64,000 bases of DNA from Octopus sinensis (lineage: Eukaryota), in NCBI RefSeq assembly GCF_006345805.1, contig NC_043000.1, forward strand, positions 20,770,001-20,834,000, written 5' to 3'. A program made the position numbers and the translations under genes. The stretch's first letter is position 1. Every line of letters starts with the position of its first letter. Shown piece by piece: positions 52,030-64,000 of the stretch. The notes beneath the pieces were generated by a model. That model saw nothing but the letters and a program-made list of their open reading frames with translations. It did no database searches and was not told the DNA's origin.

Positions 52030-52980
52030 CAAAATAAAGTGAACATACTCCATTGGATGTGTAATGTGTGTGTACATAAACAACAGAGCACAAATGAGCT
52101 GTAAGGAAAAACTGGATGTAAAACAGATGTAGTCTGTAATAGAGAAAACTAAAAGTAGTATGGGCTGTGATGCATCTAGAATATATGAGCTGTCCAGGAT
52201 GACAGATGTAGAAAGAAGTGCAGTAGATGGAGCCTGAAGAGGAACACCTAGGAAGGGAAAGGATAAAGTAGTGAAGATTAATCTTAGAAGGCCGATCTTC
52301 ATGAAAATGGTGATAAAGTCTGTGATGGCTGCAACATGAAATGCTAGAAAAGGTTCATCCATGCAGGCATGACATAACAAACTTTAAAATGATAGGGGTT
52401 AATGAGGCTAAGGGGTGTGACCAGCCCACGTATGTGTACCTTTCCTTCATTGGACATTAAACTCTGATTGTGAAGACCTGTTGAGGTAAGTGAAATCAAA
52501 ATCAAATTCGAAGACTGGCCTCCATGCTAGTGAAGCGCTGAGAGCACAATCCAAGCATGATCATTACCAGAGCAGCAAACTGGCTTCCATGCCAGTGGCA
52601 CATAAAAAGCACCATTCCAGTGTGATCGTTACCAGTGTCACCTTACTGGCACTTGCATCGGTGGCACATGAATAAACATTCAAGCAAGGTCGTTGCCAGT
52701 GCTGCTGGACTGGCTCCTGTACAGGTGGCACATAAAAAACACCATTTGAGCATGGCCATTGCCAGTACTGCCTGACTGGCCTTCGTGCTGGTGGCACGTA
52801 AAAGCATCCACTACACTCTCGGAGTGGTTGGTGTTAGGAAGGGCATCCAGCTGTAGAAACTTTGTCAGATCAGATTGGAGCCTGGTGCAGCCATCTGGCT
52901 TGCCAGTTCTCAGTCAAATCGTCCAACCCATGCATTGGGAAAGCAGACGTTAAACGAAGACGATGATGATGATGATGATT
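52030..52980 (+). mobile_element. Old RTE ORF remnant (about 52030-52390) followed by an RTE 3'UTR with about 4 internal subrepeats
   Basis: WMCNV...Q-like remnant, then ggcacataaaaagcacc subrepeats, the conserved terminal block and a (GAT)n tail. Confidence 0.8.
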
Positions 52981-53938
52981 TGGACCTCTTGCCCAATATA
53001 TCTGTCTTAAATCTCCATCTGCTATTCGTACTCCCCCACCACCATCTATATCACACATCCTCCTCTCTCTATTATTTATCCTGTACCCATAACTCTCCCT
53101 CATAAGGACTCTCTGCTCCTGTGGGGCTCAAGGTAATCACAATATGCACCCAATAGACTTTACTTACTTACTTGGACATGCAGCAGCATTCACCTGGGAT
53201 GGGTTGAGCAAGTTCATGTTCGGAATTTCAGTGAGAACACAAGTTCACATGTGGTCTCCGATCACCCGACTTGCTGTCAATTGTCAACCATTGCAGAGGA
53301 TTCACTGACCAAGCAACCACCAATTACTAGAGAAGACATAGCCTAGGTTCAAGCTGGTTCTAGACACATGCTTTAACAAAAGCCAAGAGGTGCCTCACTC
53401 CTACCAGTCTTTCAACATGCTAGACACCAACCCAGAATTTCTGAGGGTCCATGCTATTTCCAGAGAGTCGTTGAACATATACTAGATTCATTTGTCCTTT
53501 TGACAGGTCATGTTTTTATTCCAGCTGGGTTTCTAGCATCCTTCCTCACACTGCCACACTAACAAAATAGACTCTACAAAGAGTTAGCAATAAGCAGAGG
53601 TAAAAATAATGGAGAGAGCCTTTACTTTGTCTAAGGACATGATAACCTTCTTGTACTGGGGCCACCATAAATTAAATCCAGTACACTGGTTAGAGTTAAG
53701 AAGAGCATTCAGACATTGAAACCCTGCCAAAAGTCAAAAATTCAAGTGAGGTGTAGGTTTACAGATCCATCTAGAAGTGTAGTATTTCCAAATATGAATT
53801 GACTCAGACTGTAATAATGACTCATCCAACCCATGCCAGTATGGGAAATGAATGTAAAGTAACACAGATGATAGTAGTGTAGGTGATGGACACACACACA
53901 CACACGCATAATGTGTTCATTTATTTTTTCTATCTTTG

Positions 53939-54090
53939 TAGCTGTATGGTAAGTAGCTTGCTTATCAACCACATGGTTCTGGGTTCAGTTCCACTTCATG
54001 GTACCATGGGCAAGTGTCTTCTATAGCCTTGGGCTGACCAAAGTCTTGTCAGTAAATTTGGTAGACGGAAACTGAAAGAAACCCATCATA

Positions 54091-54157
<67 letters not shown>

Positions 54158-57100
54158 TCATCATCATCATCATCATCGTTTAACGTCCGTTTTCCGCGCT
54201 AGCACGGGTTGGACGGTTCGACCGGGGTCTGGGAAGCCAGGGGCCGCTCCAGGCTCCAGTCTGATTTGGCAGAGTTTCTACGGCTGGATGCCCTTCCTAA
54301 CGCCAACCACTCCGTGAGTGGATTGGGTGCTTTTTACGTGCCACCTGCACAGGGGCCGGGGGGTCCGGCATTGGTCGCAATCGGTTCGAGCTTTTAACGT
54401 GCCAGCGGAACGGGGGCAACTGGGTCCGGGGTACTTTGGGGATCCGGGGTACTTTGAATGGGTAGGGGGTATGTGGAATTGCTGCAGAAAGCAGCCCGGG
54501 TCTTTGCAGTCACAGCATATCTCCAGAGATCTCGGTCTTTCGCCATTGCCTCAGTGAGGCCCAATGCTCTGAGGTCATGCTTGACTACCTCATCCCATGT
54601 CTTCCTGGGTCTACCTCTCCCCCTGATACCTTCAACTGTTTGGGAGTGGCACTTCTTCACACATCTCTCTTCATCCATCCGCAGCACATGACCATACCAT
54701 CGCAAGCGTCGCTCTTGCACACCACATCTGATGCTTCTTATATCCAGCATTTCTCTTAGGATGCTTACACTCTGTCTTGCGTGCACACTGACACTACACA
54801 TCCAGCGGATCATGCTAGCTTCATTTCTTTCAAGTCTACGCATGTCGTCTGCAGTCACTGCCCATGTTTCATTACCGTGAAGCATGGCAGTTCGCACACA
54901 TGCATCATACAATCTACCTTTCGCTCTGAGGGAGAGACCTTTTGTTGCCAGTAGGGGTAGGAGCTTTCTGAACTTTGCCCAGGCTATTCGTATTCTAGTG
55001 GTGATACTCTCTGTGCATCCACCTCCGCTACTAACTTGGTCACCCAGGTAGCGGAAACTATCAACTACTTCTAGTTTCTCTCCCTGGAGTGTGATGGAAT
55101 CTGTTTTCTGAGTGTCTGTTGTGTCTATTGTCCCTGTGCATCTGCCGCACATGAAAGCTATCTTATCTGTTAATTTCCCTTTAATGTTGCTGCACCTCTT
55201 ATGTGTCCATAACTTACATTGGGTGCATCTTATGGAGTTTCTACCTGTACCTTTCCTACAGATTGAGCAGGGCCACCTACCCGAGGGGGTGTGTGCTGAG
55301 TACCTCTTGCTGCTTACTAATACTTTGGTCTTTGCTACATTTATTCTAAGGCCCTTTGATTCCAACCCTTGCTTCCACACCCGAAATTTCTCTTCTAGTT
55401 CCGGTAGTGATTCTGCTATGAGAGCTAGGTCATCGGCATAGAGGAGCTCCCAGGGGCATCCCGTTTTGAATTCCTCTGTTATTGCCTGAAGGACTATGAT
55501 GAATAAAAGGGGACTGAGGGCTGAGCCCTGGTGCACACCTACTTCTACCCGGAATTCTTCACTATATTCGTTGCCAATCCTAACCTTGCTGACAGCCTCT
55601 CTGTATAGAGCCTGTACAGCCCTTATTAGCCATTCTTCAATCTCCAGTTTCCGCATCGACCACCAGATGAGGGAACGGGGAACCCTGTCAAAGGCTTTCT
55701 CCAAGTCTACAAAAGCTATGTAGAGGGGTTTATCTTTAGCTAGGTACTTCTCCTGCAGTTGTCGGACCAGGAATATAGCATCAGTGGTGCTTCTACCTGG
55801 TACAAAACCGAACTGCATTTCATCTAAACAAATTCTCTCCCTAATGAGATGGGTTATGACCTTCTCTGAGACCTTCATCACCTGGTCCAACAGTTTGATA
55901 CCTCTGTAGTTATTTCTATCTAGAGCATCACCCTTACCCTTGTAGCAGTTGACTATGGTGCTGCTGCACCAGTCATTGGGTATGACTCCATTGTGAACTA
56001 CCTGGTTTACAATGCGGGTGACTATGGTATAGCCCACATAGCCAGCTGTTTTAAGCATCTCAGCAGTGATTCCTGATAGGCCAGGGGCTTTGCCTGGTTT
56101 CATATCCTTAATTGCCTTATCTACAAGGGAGCTGTCTATTCGGGTAGCTGGTCCCTCTACTGGGTCAACATTTGGCAGGCTCTCCTCCTCCCATTCATTC
56201 TCCTCATTCAGCAGTCTTTCATAATGGCTTCTCCAAGCCTCTTTCTTTTCACTAGCAGTAAAAGCAAGTGCCCCATCATCCATGCGGACACATTTCTCTC
56301 CTATAACATCACTATTTTCTCTGACACACTGTCTGGCAATCCGAAATACTTCAGCTTTTGATCCTCGCGTCGCTGGACATTGGCAAACTTCTTCTTTTCT
56401 GCTACGTCTTTGGCTATGTATACCTGCCGCCCAGCCTCCCTTTTGGCTATCTGGTACAGTTCCCTGCTGCCCCCATCCTTCCAGGCTTTCCAGGCCCGTC
56501 TCTTTTTACAGATGGCTTTATCTACTGCACTATTCCACCACCACGTAATTCTAGGTCTGGAAGGGACTTTGCACCATCCACAGACTCGGTCTGTGGCACT
56601 CAGCAAGCTGTCCCGTAGGAATTCTCAGCTACCTTCTATGTCTGACGTCTGAAGCTCCTCCTCCCTCTCATCAAATTTCTTGATGAGTATGTCCCTAAAT
56701 TTCTGACCATGTGAAGGGTTCTTTAGCCTCCAAATCCTTCTTTTCTGGATTGGTTTGTTTCTTGGAGTCCTTCTGGCCTCAAGCTTAAAGTCACTGATGA
56801 TTAGTCTATGCTGAGGGATACATTCTTCACCCGGGAGGGTCTTTGTATTCAAGAGCAACCCTGCATCCCGCTGTCTGGTGAGGATGAAGTCTATTTGGCT
56901 AGCGGAGTCTCCTGACTGATAGGTTATAAGGTGGCAGACTGGCTTCTTGAAGTTAGTGTTGCAGATTGAAAGGTTACATGCATCACAGAATTCCAGCAGT
57001 CTAGTTCCCTCATCATTTCTGGTGCCAATACCATAGCCACCATATACCCCAGTGAAGATACCCGATTCCCGCCCAACATGCCCATTAAAGTCTCCACCTA

Positions 57101-57631
57101 CAAAGATGAGGTCCTTGCTACTAGTCTTTGAAGTAGCCTGCAGAAGGCTATCATAAAAGTTGTCCTTCTGATCATTTGGTAGTCCCGCTTGTGGGGCATA
57201 GGCGGAGATAATCATAGCTGTGCCACTCTGTAGGACCAACCTGAGCTTAAGCACTCTATCACAAACCCTGACAACCTCTATGACCTCATCCACCCATTTC
57301 TCCGCAAGGAGAATGCCTACACCCCCTACACCTTCCACGTTACCTTGCCAGAAGAGTTTGTACCTAAGTGCCTTGCCTGTGAGGACCCTAGCCGAAGCAC
57401 CTCTCCATCTTACCTCTTGTATGCAGCATACATCAACCTGTCTTCTCTCTATATATATATATATGTATGTATTTCTGTGTTTATACCCCCAACATCGCTT
57501 GTGTGTTTATGTCCCCATAACTTACCAGTTCGGCAAAAGAGACTGATAGAATAAGTCCTGGGGTCAATTTGTTCAACTAAAGGCAATGCTCCAGCATGGC
57601 CTCAGTCAAATGACTGAACCAAATAAAAGAA
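53939..57631 (+). mobile_element. SINE family A copy split by the RTE insertion (5' half about 53939-54090, 3' half about 57450-57631)
   Basis: The halves are collinear with intact copies, and the break falls in the central microsatellite. Confidence 0.85.
54155..57449 (-). mobile_element. Near-complete RTE-clade LINE (APE endonuclease, reverse transcriptase, PHD-type finger), slightly 5'-truncated and inactivated
   Basis: The frame starts ERRQVDVCCIQEVRWRG at 57449 and carries APE motifs GDFNGH and SQIDFIL. RT motifs are QFGFVPGRSTTDA, GVHQGSALSP and YADD. There is one in-frame TGA (56625-56627) and one 1-nt frameshift near 56350. A 3'UTR ends in a (GAT)n tail at 54155-54177. Confidence 0.95.
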
Positions 57632-58138
57632 TATATATATAAGAAAAGAGATAACAAAGGAAAGGAATGAGCAATTATCTTATGAACTTCATACATGTTA
57701 TTGGTATCATAATGGCAAAGTGAAATATTAAAATATGCACATATCTGTGTAGCTATGCTTAGACATACAAACATACATATAAATTCATATGCATATATTT
57801 ATGTATTTAAGTATATATGAAACAACTTCTCTTTTAAATATGTTATATTAAAGACAAATTCTTCAATAAGAAAAGATTAAACTCAAACACAATCATACCT
57901 TCAATGTGATGCATGTATAAGTGTGCAAACATCTGTGTTAAAATGCATAGACAGACAGGTAGGCAGATAGATAGATAGATAAGACAGACAGATGGATAGA
58001 TAGATAGGTAGGTAGGTGTCTCAAGTCATTTTGAGAACTACTAATACTATGTAATCCAATACAGTTTGTTACATGGTCAAGTCATTGACAACCAAACTAG
58101 TATCACCAGCAGACTATCCTGGTGAGGAAGGTTACTAG

Positions 58139-59083
58139 AAATTGAGGTGCAGTCAACACAATGGGCTTTTCTCTGTACAGTCCCTGTACACAAGTTTATT
58201 CACAAGAATTGGGCTGACCTAAATTTATGGCAGAAGATACTTGAACTTCTGTAGGACACACAATTTTTACGAAGTCTTGTGAACTTACCTATCCATTCAC
58301 TTTGTTCAATCTTCTGGACCACTTCTCATATATTCACCTTTCTGTAACTTGAAGAGATGCCCTGACATCTCTTCATCATCTTCCCTCCTTTTCCAACAGG
58401 GATAAAAATGTAATTCTTCTACTGCAAGATACTTGTCAAAAGGACAGGTGAATTCAATGTAAAGTATTAGCTATCCAGCAATATTGCACAGAAACTTATT
58501 GTTGTGAGAGAGTCCTAAGTACAACAAAGACAAGGGAGTACACCCCAAGAGACAATACAATTCATAGAAGTCAGCTTTCTATCTGACCGGTTCTGGCAGC
58601 TTCCTGCAGCTGAGAGAAGTTGCCCAGTAGTTTTGAGTCACCTTTGCATCTGGATCTCTTTATTGATCTCTTTTTGTCAAACTACTTCACTAACAGAATA
58701 TAAAGGGACAGGTCGTTACCAGTACCACTGAACTGGCTCTTGTGCAGATGGCATGTAAAAAACACCATTTGAGCATGGCCATTGCCAGTGCTGCCTGACT
58801 GGCCCTCGTGCCGGTAGCACATAAAAGCACTCACTACACTCTTGGAATGGTTGGTGTTAGGAAGGACATCCAGCTGTAGAAACTCTGCCAGATCAAGATT
58901 GGAGCCTGGTGCAGCCATCTAGTTCACCAGACCTCAGTCAAATCATCCAACCTATTCTAGCATGGAAAGCAGATGTTAAACGATGATGATGATAATAACA
59001 TGCACAACATTAGTTTTTGGTCCATCCAACCATAAACACGTGTGCATGTACGTTCTCACACACACTCACATATACACTTTTGC

Positions 59084-59125
<42 letters not shown>

Positions 59126-60295
59126 GAGACCAATGGACTTGTGCACAGTTTCTATCTACCAAATTTTGCTCACAATTTATTGGTCTGATCCACCTAAGCT
59201 ATAGTAGAAGGTGGGGCAATCCAATAGAATCAAACCTGAAGCTATAGAGGTGTAAAACACTTCTTAACTACCTGAACCTATATTTTTCTTGTGTTTCAAG
59301 ATGTTATAATTCTTTTAAATTTTTACTTTCTTTCAAAATATCTTAAGAAAAAAAATAATTAAATCATCACATACAACACTTAACTCTTAACATCTTGTTG
59401 ACAGTTTTCTAAGTCAAAAGCACCATCTTGTAATGATTCTGTTACAGAACAGAAATAAATTATACGAGTATCAGTTTTCTGTTATACTAGAGAGTTCCTC
59501 ACTTTCTTCAAAATGAATGTAAACAATGTTAGCATGATTCTTGTGCTATTATGCATTTCAGAACTAGCCTCACCAATGCAGCCACATATAATATGTCATC
59601 TTACAGGAAGTTAAGAAAGGCAATGAACTGGCAGAAACGTTAGCATGCCGGGCAAAATGCTTAGTGGTATTTCGTCTGCCACTACATTCTGAGTTCAAAT
59701 TCCACCGAGGTCAACTTTACCTTTCATTCTTTCGGGGTCAATTAAATAAGTACCAGTTATGCACTGGGGTCGATACAATTGACTTAATCCATTTGTCTGT
59801 CTTTGTTTGTCCCCTCTGTGTGTAGCTCCTTGTGGGCAGTAAAGAAATAAGAAATATGGAAGTTAAGAATAAATATTAAAGATAGCCTTCTAGCATCCTA
59901 AGCATAGCATGTGTGTCATGGCTGTATTGTCTTGCAATCAGGATATTTTTTCCCTTTTATCCCACTAGTTCATTCATTTTGTACTGACAAGAACATGGAA
60001 GCAGATAAAACAACTCCAGTGTTAGTTTAGTTTTCCAGCTAATTATGCAGTTCTCCAGCAAAAAGGAGTAAAAAATGTTAAGAACTGACAGTGGAAGCCA
60101 TCTTCAAATGAGACTAAAGAGAAACAAGATTTGCTTTGAAACTACAGAATGCAGCCCTTGCATTTAAACCCATCGAAGAATACAAAAGTTCAAGTCTCTT
60201 CTGCCATAAATTTGGGTCAGCCCAATTCTTATAAATATACTTGTGTACAGGGACTGTACAGAGAAAAGCCCATTGTGTTGACTGCACCTCAATTT
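58139..60295. repeat. 115-bp inverted duplication (58139-58253 and 60181-60295)
   Basis: Direct reverse-complement comparison shows only a few mismatches. Confidence 0.9.
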
Positions 60296-61519
60296 GTCAA
60301 CGTTTCCTCCTCTTCTTTTGCCCATAAGTCCTGGAGTCCCAGCAAAAGGCCATGGGCCTAATCTGTCTTCTTTGACTAAGCTAGAAAATAAGAACTTTTT
60401 TTTTTTTTAAAGTGCAATCCTTTAGTGCTAAACATAAATTTGACTTTGTCAAAATTATTTGAAAATGGCTGTTTTATGAAAGACTGAACAGCAATCAGAA
60501 AGCAATCAAAATAAAAGCAGTATGCTGATATGGATTTTTGAATGAAATTAGGCAACCAAGGCAAAAATTATCGTTATTTCCATTCCAAAACTCATTCTGC
60601 ACCATGTTATTATCTAAGGCATAAAAGTATAGTTTCCTGTTTTATTACAGAGTAATTCTCATTTCATACCTGGTTAGTTATGTTCGAGCTGTCCGTTAAT
60701 ATATGGTTGTGTTCAAAATAACAAGCCAAGCCAATATATTGATGCTCTAATTTTGGTGAGACATTAATGTTTTTTGTTTTGTTTTGTTTTTTTCTTATTG
60801 TTAATGTTTCTTGTGTGTGTATGTGTGCATCAATTTTTCATTTAGGAAATATTTAAAAATAACATTATCTAATTATGAACAGGATTATTTTACGGCTTAA
60901 AAACAGAAATTATTAATTAGGATATTTATCATAATGTTACTTTATTCCTCTATATGTACATGCATACAGATACACATGCACAGAGGCTTGGTCATGTGGT
61001 TAAAATGTTTGCAACCAAATGGTTTCAAGTTCAGCCTCAATACACAGTACCTTGAGTAACCGTCTTCTACAATTGCTTCTAGATAACCAGTGCCTTGTGA
61101 GTTACATTAAGCCTGTTGCGTATATATGTGTATATGGGAGGGAGAATATATATGCATGTGTGCAAGTGTGCATGAATTCTTGTATCTTGTTTGTCACTAT
61201 TTGAGTGAAGCCATTGTGATACTAATATTCCTTCAATTGAAAAGATGTATATATATATATATATAAATAAAACTTACTTGGAAAAGGATGTGTGGCGTTC
61301 GATCGTATAATAATATAAATAATATATATTGTATGTTGTATGTCTTGTATTCTGTTTTTTTGTTGTTTGAAAAAAAGTTCGTTTCCATGTTTTTGTTTTT
61401 ATGTTTTCGTTTTTCTCCTTGTTTAACGTTTTTTGATGTCCTGTACCCATATAGGCATGTATATATACATATAGATGTAGGCATGTACATATATGCATGT
61501 ATTTATATATTATTAATAT

Positions 61520-61568
<49 letters not shown>

Positions 61569-61570
<2 letters not shown>

Positions 61571-62288
61571 CAGTTGTGGTGTGCAAGAGAGACGTTTGCA
61601 CTGGTATGGTCATGTGATGAGAATGGCTGAAGATAGTTGTGTGCAAAAGTGCCACACCCTAGCAGTTGAGGGAACCTGTGGAAGAGGTAGACCCTTGAAA
61701 ACCTGGGACGAGGTGGTGAAGCACGACCTTCAAACTTTAGGTCTCACGAGGAAATGACTAGAGACCGAGACCTATGGAAGTATGCTGTGCGTGAGAAGAC
61801 CCGGCAAGACTAGTGAGAACATAACCTTGGGACACAAAACTCCACTTGTGAAGACCCGTTGAGGCAAGTGAAAATCAAAATCAAACCAAATCAAATCCGG
61901 TATCAGAAAGCAGAACCAAAATCGAAGTTGATCAACATCAATGGAAATTGCAGCTGTGGTACCAGTGCCAGTGACAAGTAAGCAAACCATCCGATCGTGG
62001 GCATTGCCAGCGCAGCCCCGACTGGCCTCCGTGCTGGTGGCACGTAAAAGCACCATCTGTTCGTGGCCGTTGCCAGCCTCGCCTGGCCCCCGTGCGGGTG
62101 GCACGTAAAAAGCACCCACTACACTCATGGAGTGGTTGGCGTTAGGAAGGGCATCCAGCCGTAGAAACACTGCCAGATCAGACTGGGCCTGATGCAGCCT
62201 TCTAGCTTCACAGACCCCAGTTGAACCGTCCAACCCATGCTAGCATGGAAAACGGACGCTAAATGATGATGATGATGATAATGATGAT
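61569..62288 (+). mobile_element. 5'-truncated RTE of a second subfamily (ORF end, long 3'UTR, (GAT)n tail)
   Basis: CGVQERRLHWYGHVMRM...GRGRPLKTWDEVVKHDL. The UTR has about 3 subrepeats and begins right after a (TA)n tract. Confidence 0.92.
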
Positions 62289-62592
62289 AGAGAGAGAGAG
62301 AGAGTTCTAATATAAGGATAAAATTTTTTCAAAACAAAATATTTTATCAGTGTCCACCATATTGAAATATCTTTTTAGGTGAAAATTATAAACGATTATA
62401 AATAAGGGCAAAAGAAAAAAAATCTCTACACCAATTTGCTGGAAAATAGACTTTAGATTGTCTAACCACATACAATATTTTTCACTATAAATACAGTGTG
62501 TGAAACATGCTGTGTATTTATAGTTAAAAATATAGTATGTGGTTAGACGATCTTTTGCCATTATTTATAATTATATATATATATACACGCAC

Positions 62593-63064
62593 ACTTGTAT
62601 ATGATGTGTTGTGAATATATGGAAAGAAATCCCATGAAATTCAACAATTTTGTTAAAAATGGAAGAGACAAGATGTTAAAATATATAAGAGAATTTTAAT
62701 TCATGCAGACGATCGTTTCGTACAGAGATATAAAAATCCTGCAAATTCATGGTTGAATTAATTAAATTAATCATATATCACTGTACTCTTCACTGCAAGA
62801 AGTATAAAAAAAATTTTTACAAAGAAGTAGAGAAAGGAAGTAGCAGAATAGAATCTAGGAGATTCATACTCTTTACTCTTTTACTTGTTTCAGTCATTTG
62901 ACTGCAGCCATGCTGCAGCACTGCCTTTTAGTCAAGCAAATCGACCCCAGGACTTATTCTTTGTAAGCCTAGTACTTATTCTATCGGTCTCTTTTTGCTA
63001 GACTGCTAAGTTATGGGGCTGTAAACACACCAGCATCGGTTGTTAAGCAATGTTGGGGGAACAA

Positions 63065-63097
<33 letters not shown>

Positions 63098-63927
63098 TAT
63101 ATACATATATTTGACAGGCTTCTTTCAGTTTCTATCTACCAAATCCACTCACAAGGCTTTGGTCGGCCCGAGGCTATAGTAGAAGACACTTGCCCAAGAT
63201 GCCACACAGTGGGACTGAACCCGGAATCATGTGGTTGGTAAGCAAGCTACTTACCACACAGCCACTCCTGCACCTACATATTTATCCTTATGAGAAAAAA
63301 AATATGCGAATCCAGTCAGGTATTAACTATAACTAAAAACTATAACAGTTATTTGAAAATATAAGTAAAAGAGGTTTCAGAGACGTTCCCTCTACAGATG
63401 AGTAAGGAGACTATATTTTCAAATAACCGTCCTTTCTCAAGTTCTTTGCAAAAATTTTTTTTATACTTCTTGCACTGAAGAGTACAGTGATATATAATTA
63501 ATTTAATTAATTCAATTCAATTAATTCAATTAATTTAATTAATTCAATTCAACCATGAATTTTCATGATTTTTATATCTCTGTATGAAGCAATCATCTGC
63601 ATGAATTAAAATTCTCTTAGTGGCACGTAAAATGCACCAATCCGACTGTGGCCGATGCCAGCCTCGCCTGGCACCTGTGCAGGTGGCACGTAAAAAGCAC
63701 CCACTACACTCCAGCTGTAGAAACATTGCCAGATAAGACCGGAGCCTGGTGCAGCCTTCTGGCTTCCCAGATCCCCGGTCGAACCGTCCAACCCATGCTA
63801 GCATGGAGAACGGACGTTAAACGATGATGATGATGATATTTTAATAGTTTCTCTTCTCCATTTTTAACAAAATTGTTGAGTTTCGTGGGTTTTCTTTCCA
63901 TAAATTCACAGCACATCATATACAAGT
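62593..63927. mobile_element. Foldback element with about 234-bp inverted arms and nested SINE and RTE-UTR insertions
   Basis: Left arm 62593-62826. Right arm 63442-63927, interrupted by an RTE UTR at about 63621-63836. Confidence 0.82.
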
Positions 63928-64000
63928 ATTATTTTCACATTCACAAATTTATGCCTATAAACTACCAGCAAAATATGAAGAATCAATATTAGAAATCTTT

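Noticed and set aside
53156-53550. Possible minus-strand LINE 3' end with an (AAGT)n tail
   Set aside because: I could not recover a convincing protein motif, so it is left unassigned.
60670-60745. Possible antisense exon with a cag|gtatga donor on the minus strand
   Set aside because: No polypyrimidine acceptor, no partner exons and no recognisable peptide.

Overview
AT-rich eukaryotic DNA, most likely octopus given its SINE, RTE and microsatellite content (inference). The only host gene I can support is a + strand reelin-like gene. Thirteen GT-AG exons between 208 and 45692 join with matching phases into one stop-free frame of 2579 nt (859 complete codons). They encode reelin subrepeats in the order B | A-EGF-B | A-EGF-B | start of A. 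Both gene ends lie outside the window, and I found no exon in the last 18.3 kb. The introns are filled with mobile DNA: a near-complete RTE LINE with a PHD-type finger nested inside a SINE, a 5'-truncated CR1/L2-group LINE, many RTE 3'UTR copies, three tRNA-headed SINE families, Helitron-like elements, and hAT, piggyBac-type and foldback MITEs. The most unusual signals are two hammerhead-ribozyme-like loci: a palindromic pair of minimal type I motifs at 18642-18878 and a type III-topology candidate at 22444-22560. Also notable are a Glu codon at the conserved Asp-box Gly that one A-to-I edit would restore (42716), and several inverted repeats that could form dsRNA in the pre-mRNA. I see no clear new multi-gene system. 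All alignments and folds were done by eye and family names come from memory, so repeat boundaries are approximate unless a TSD or terminus is quoted.
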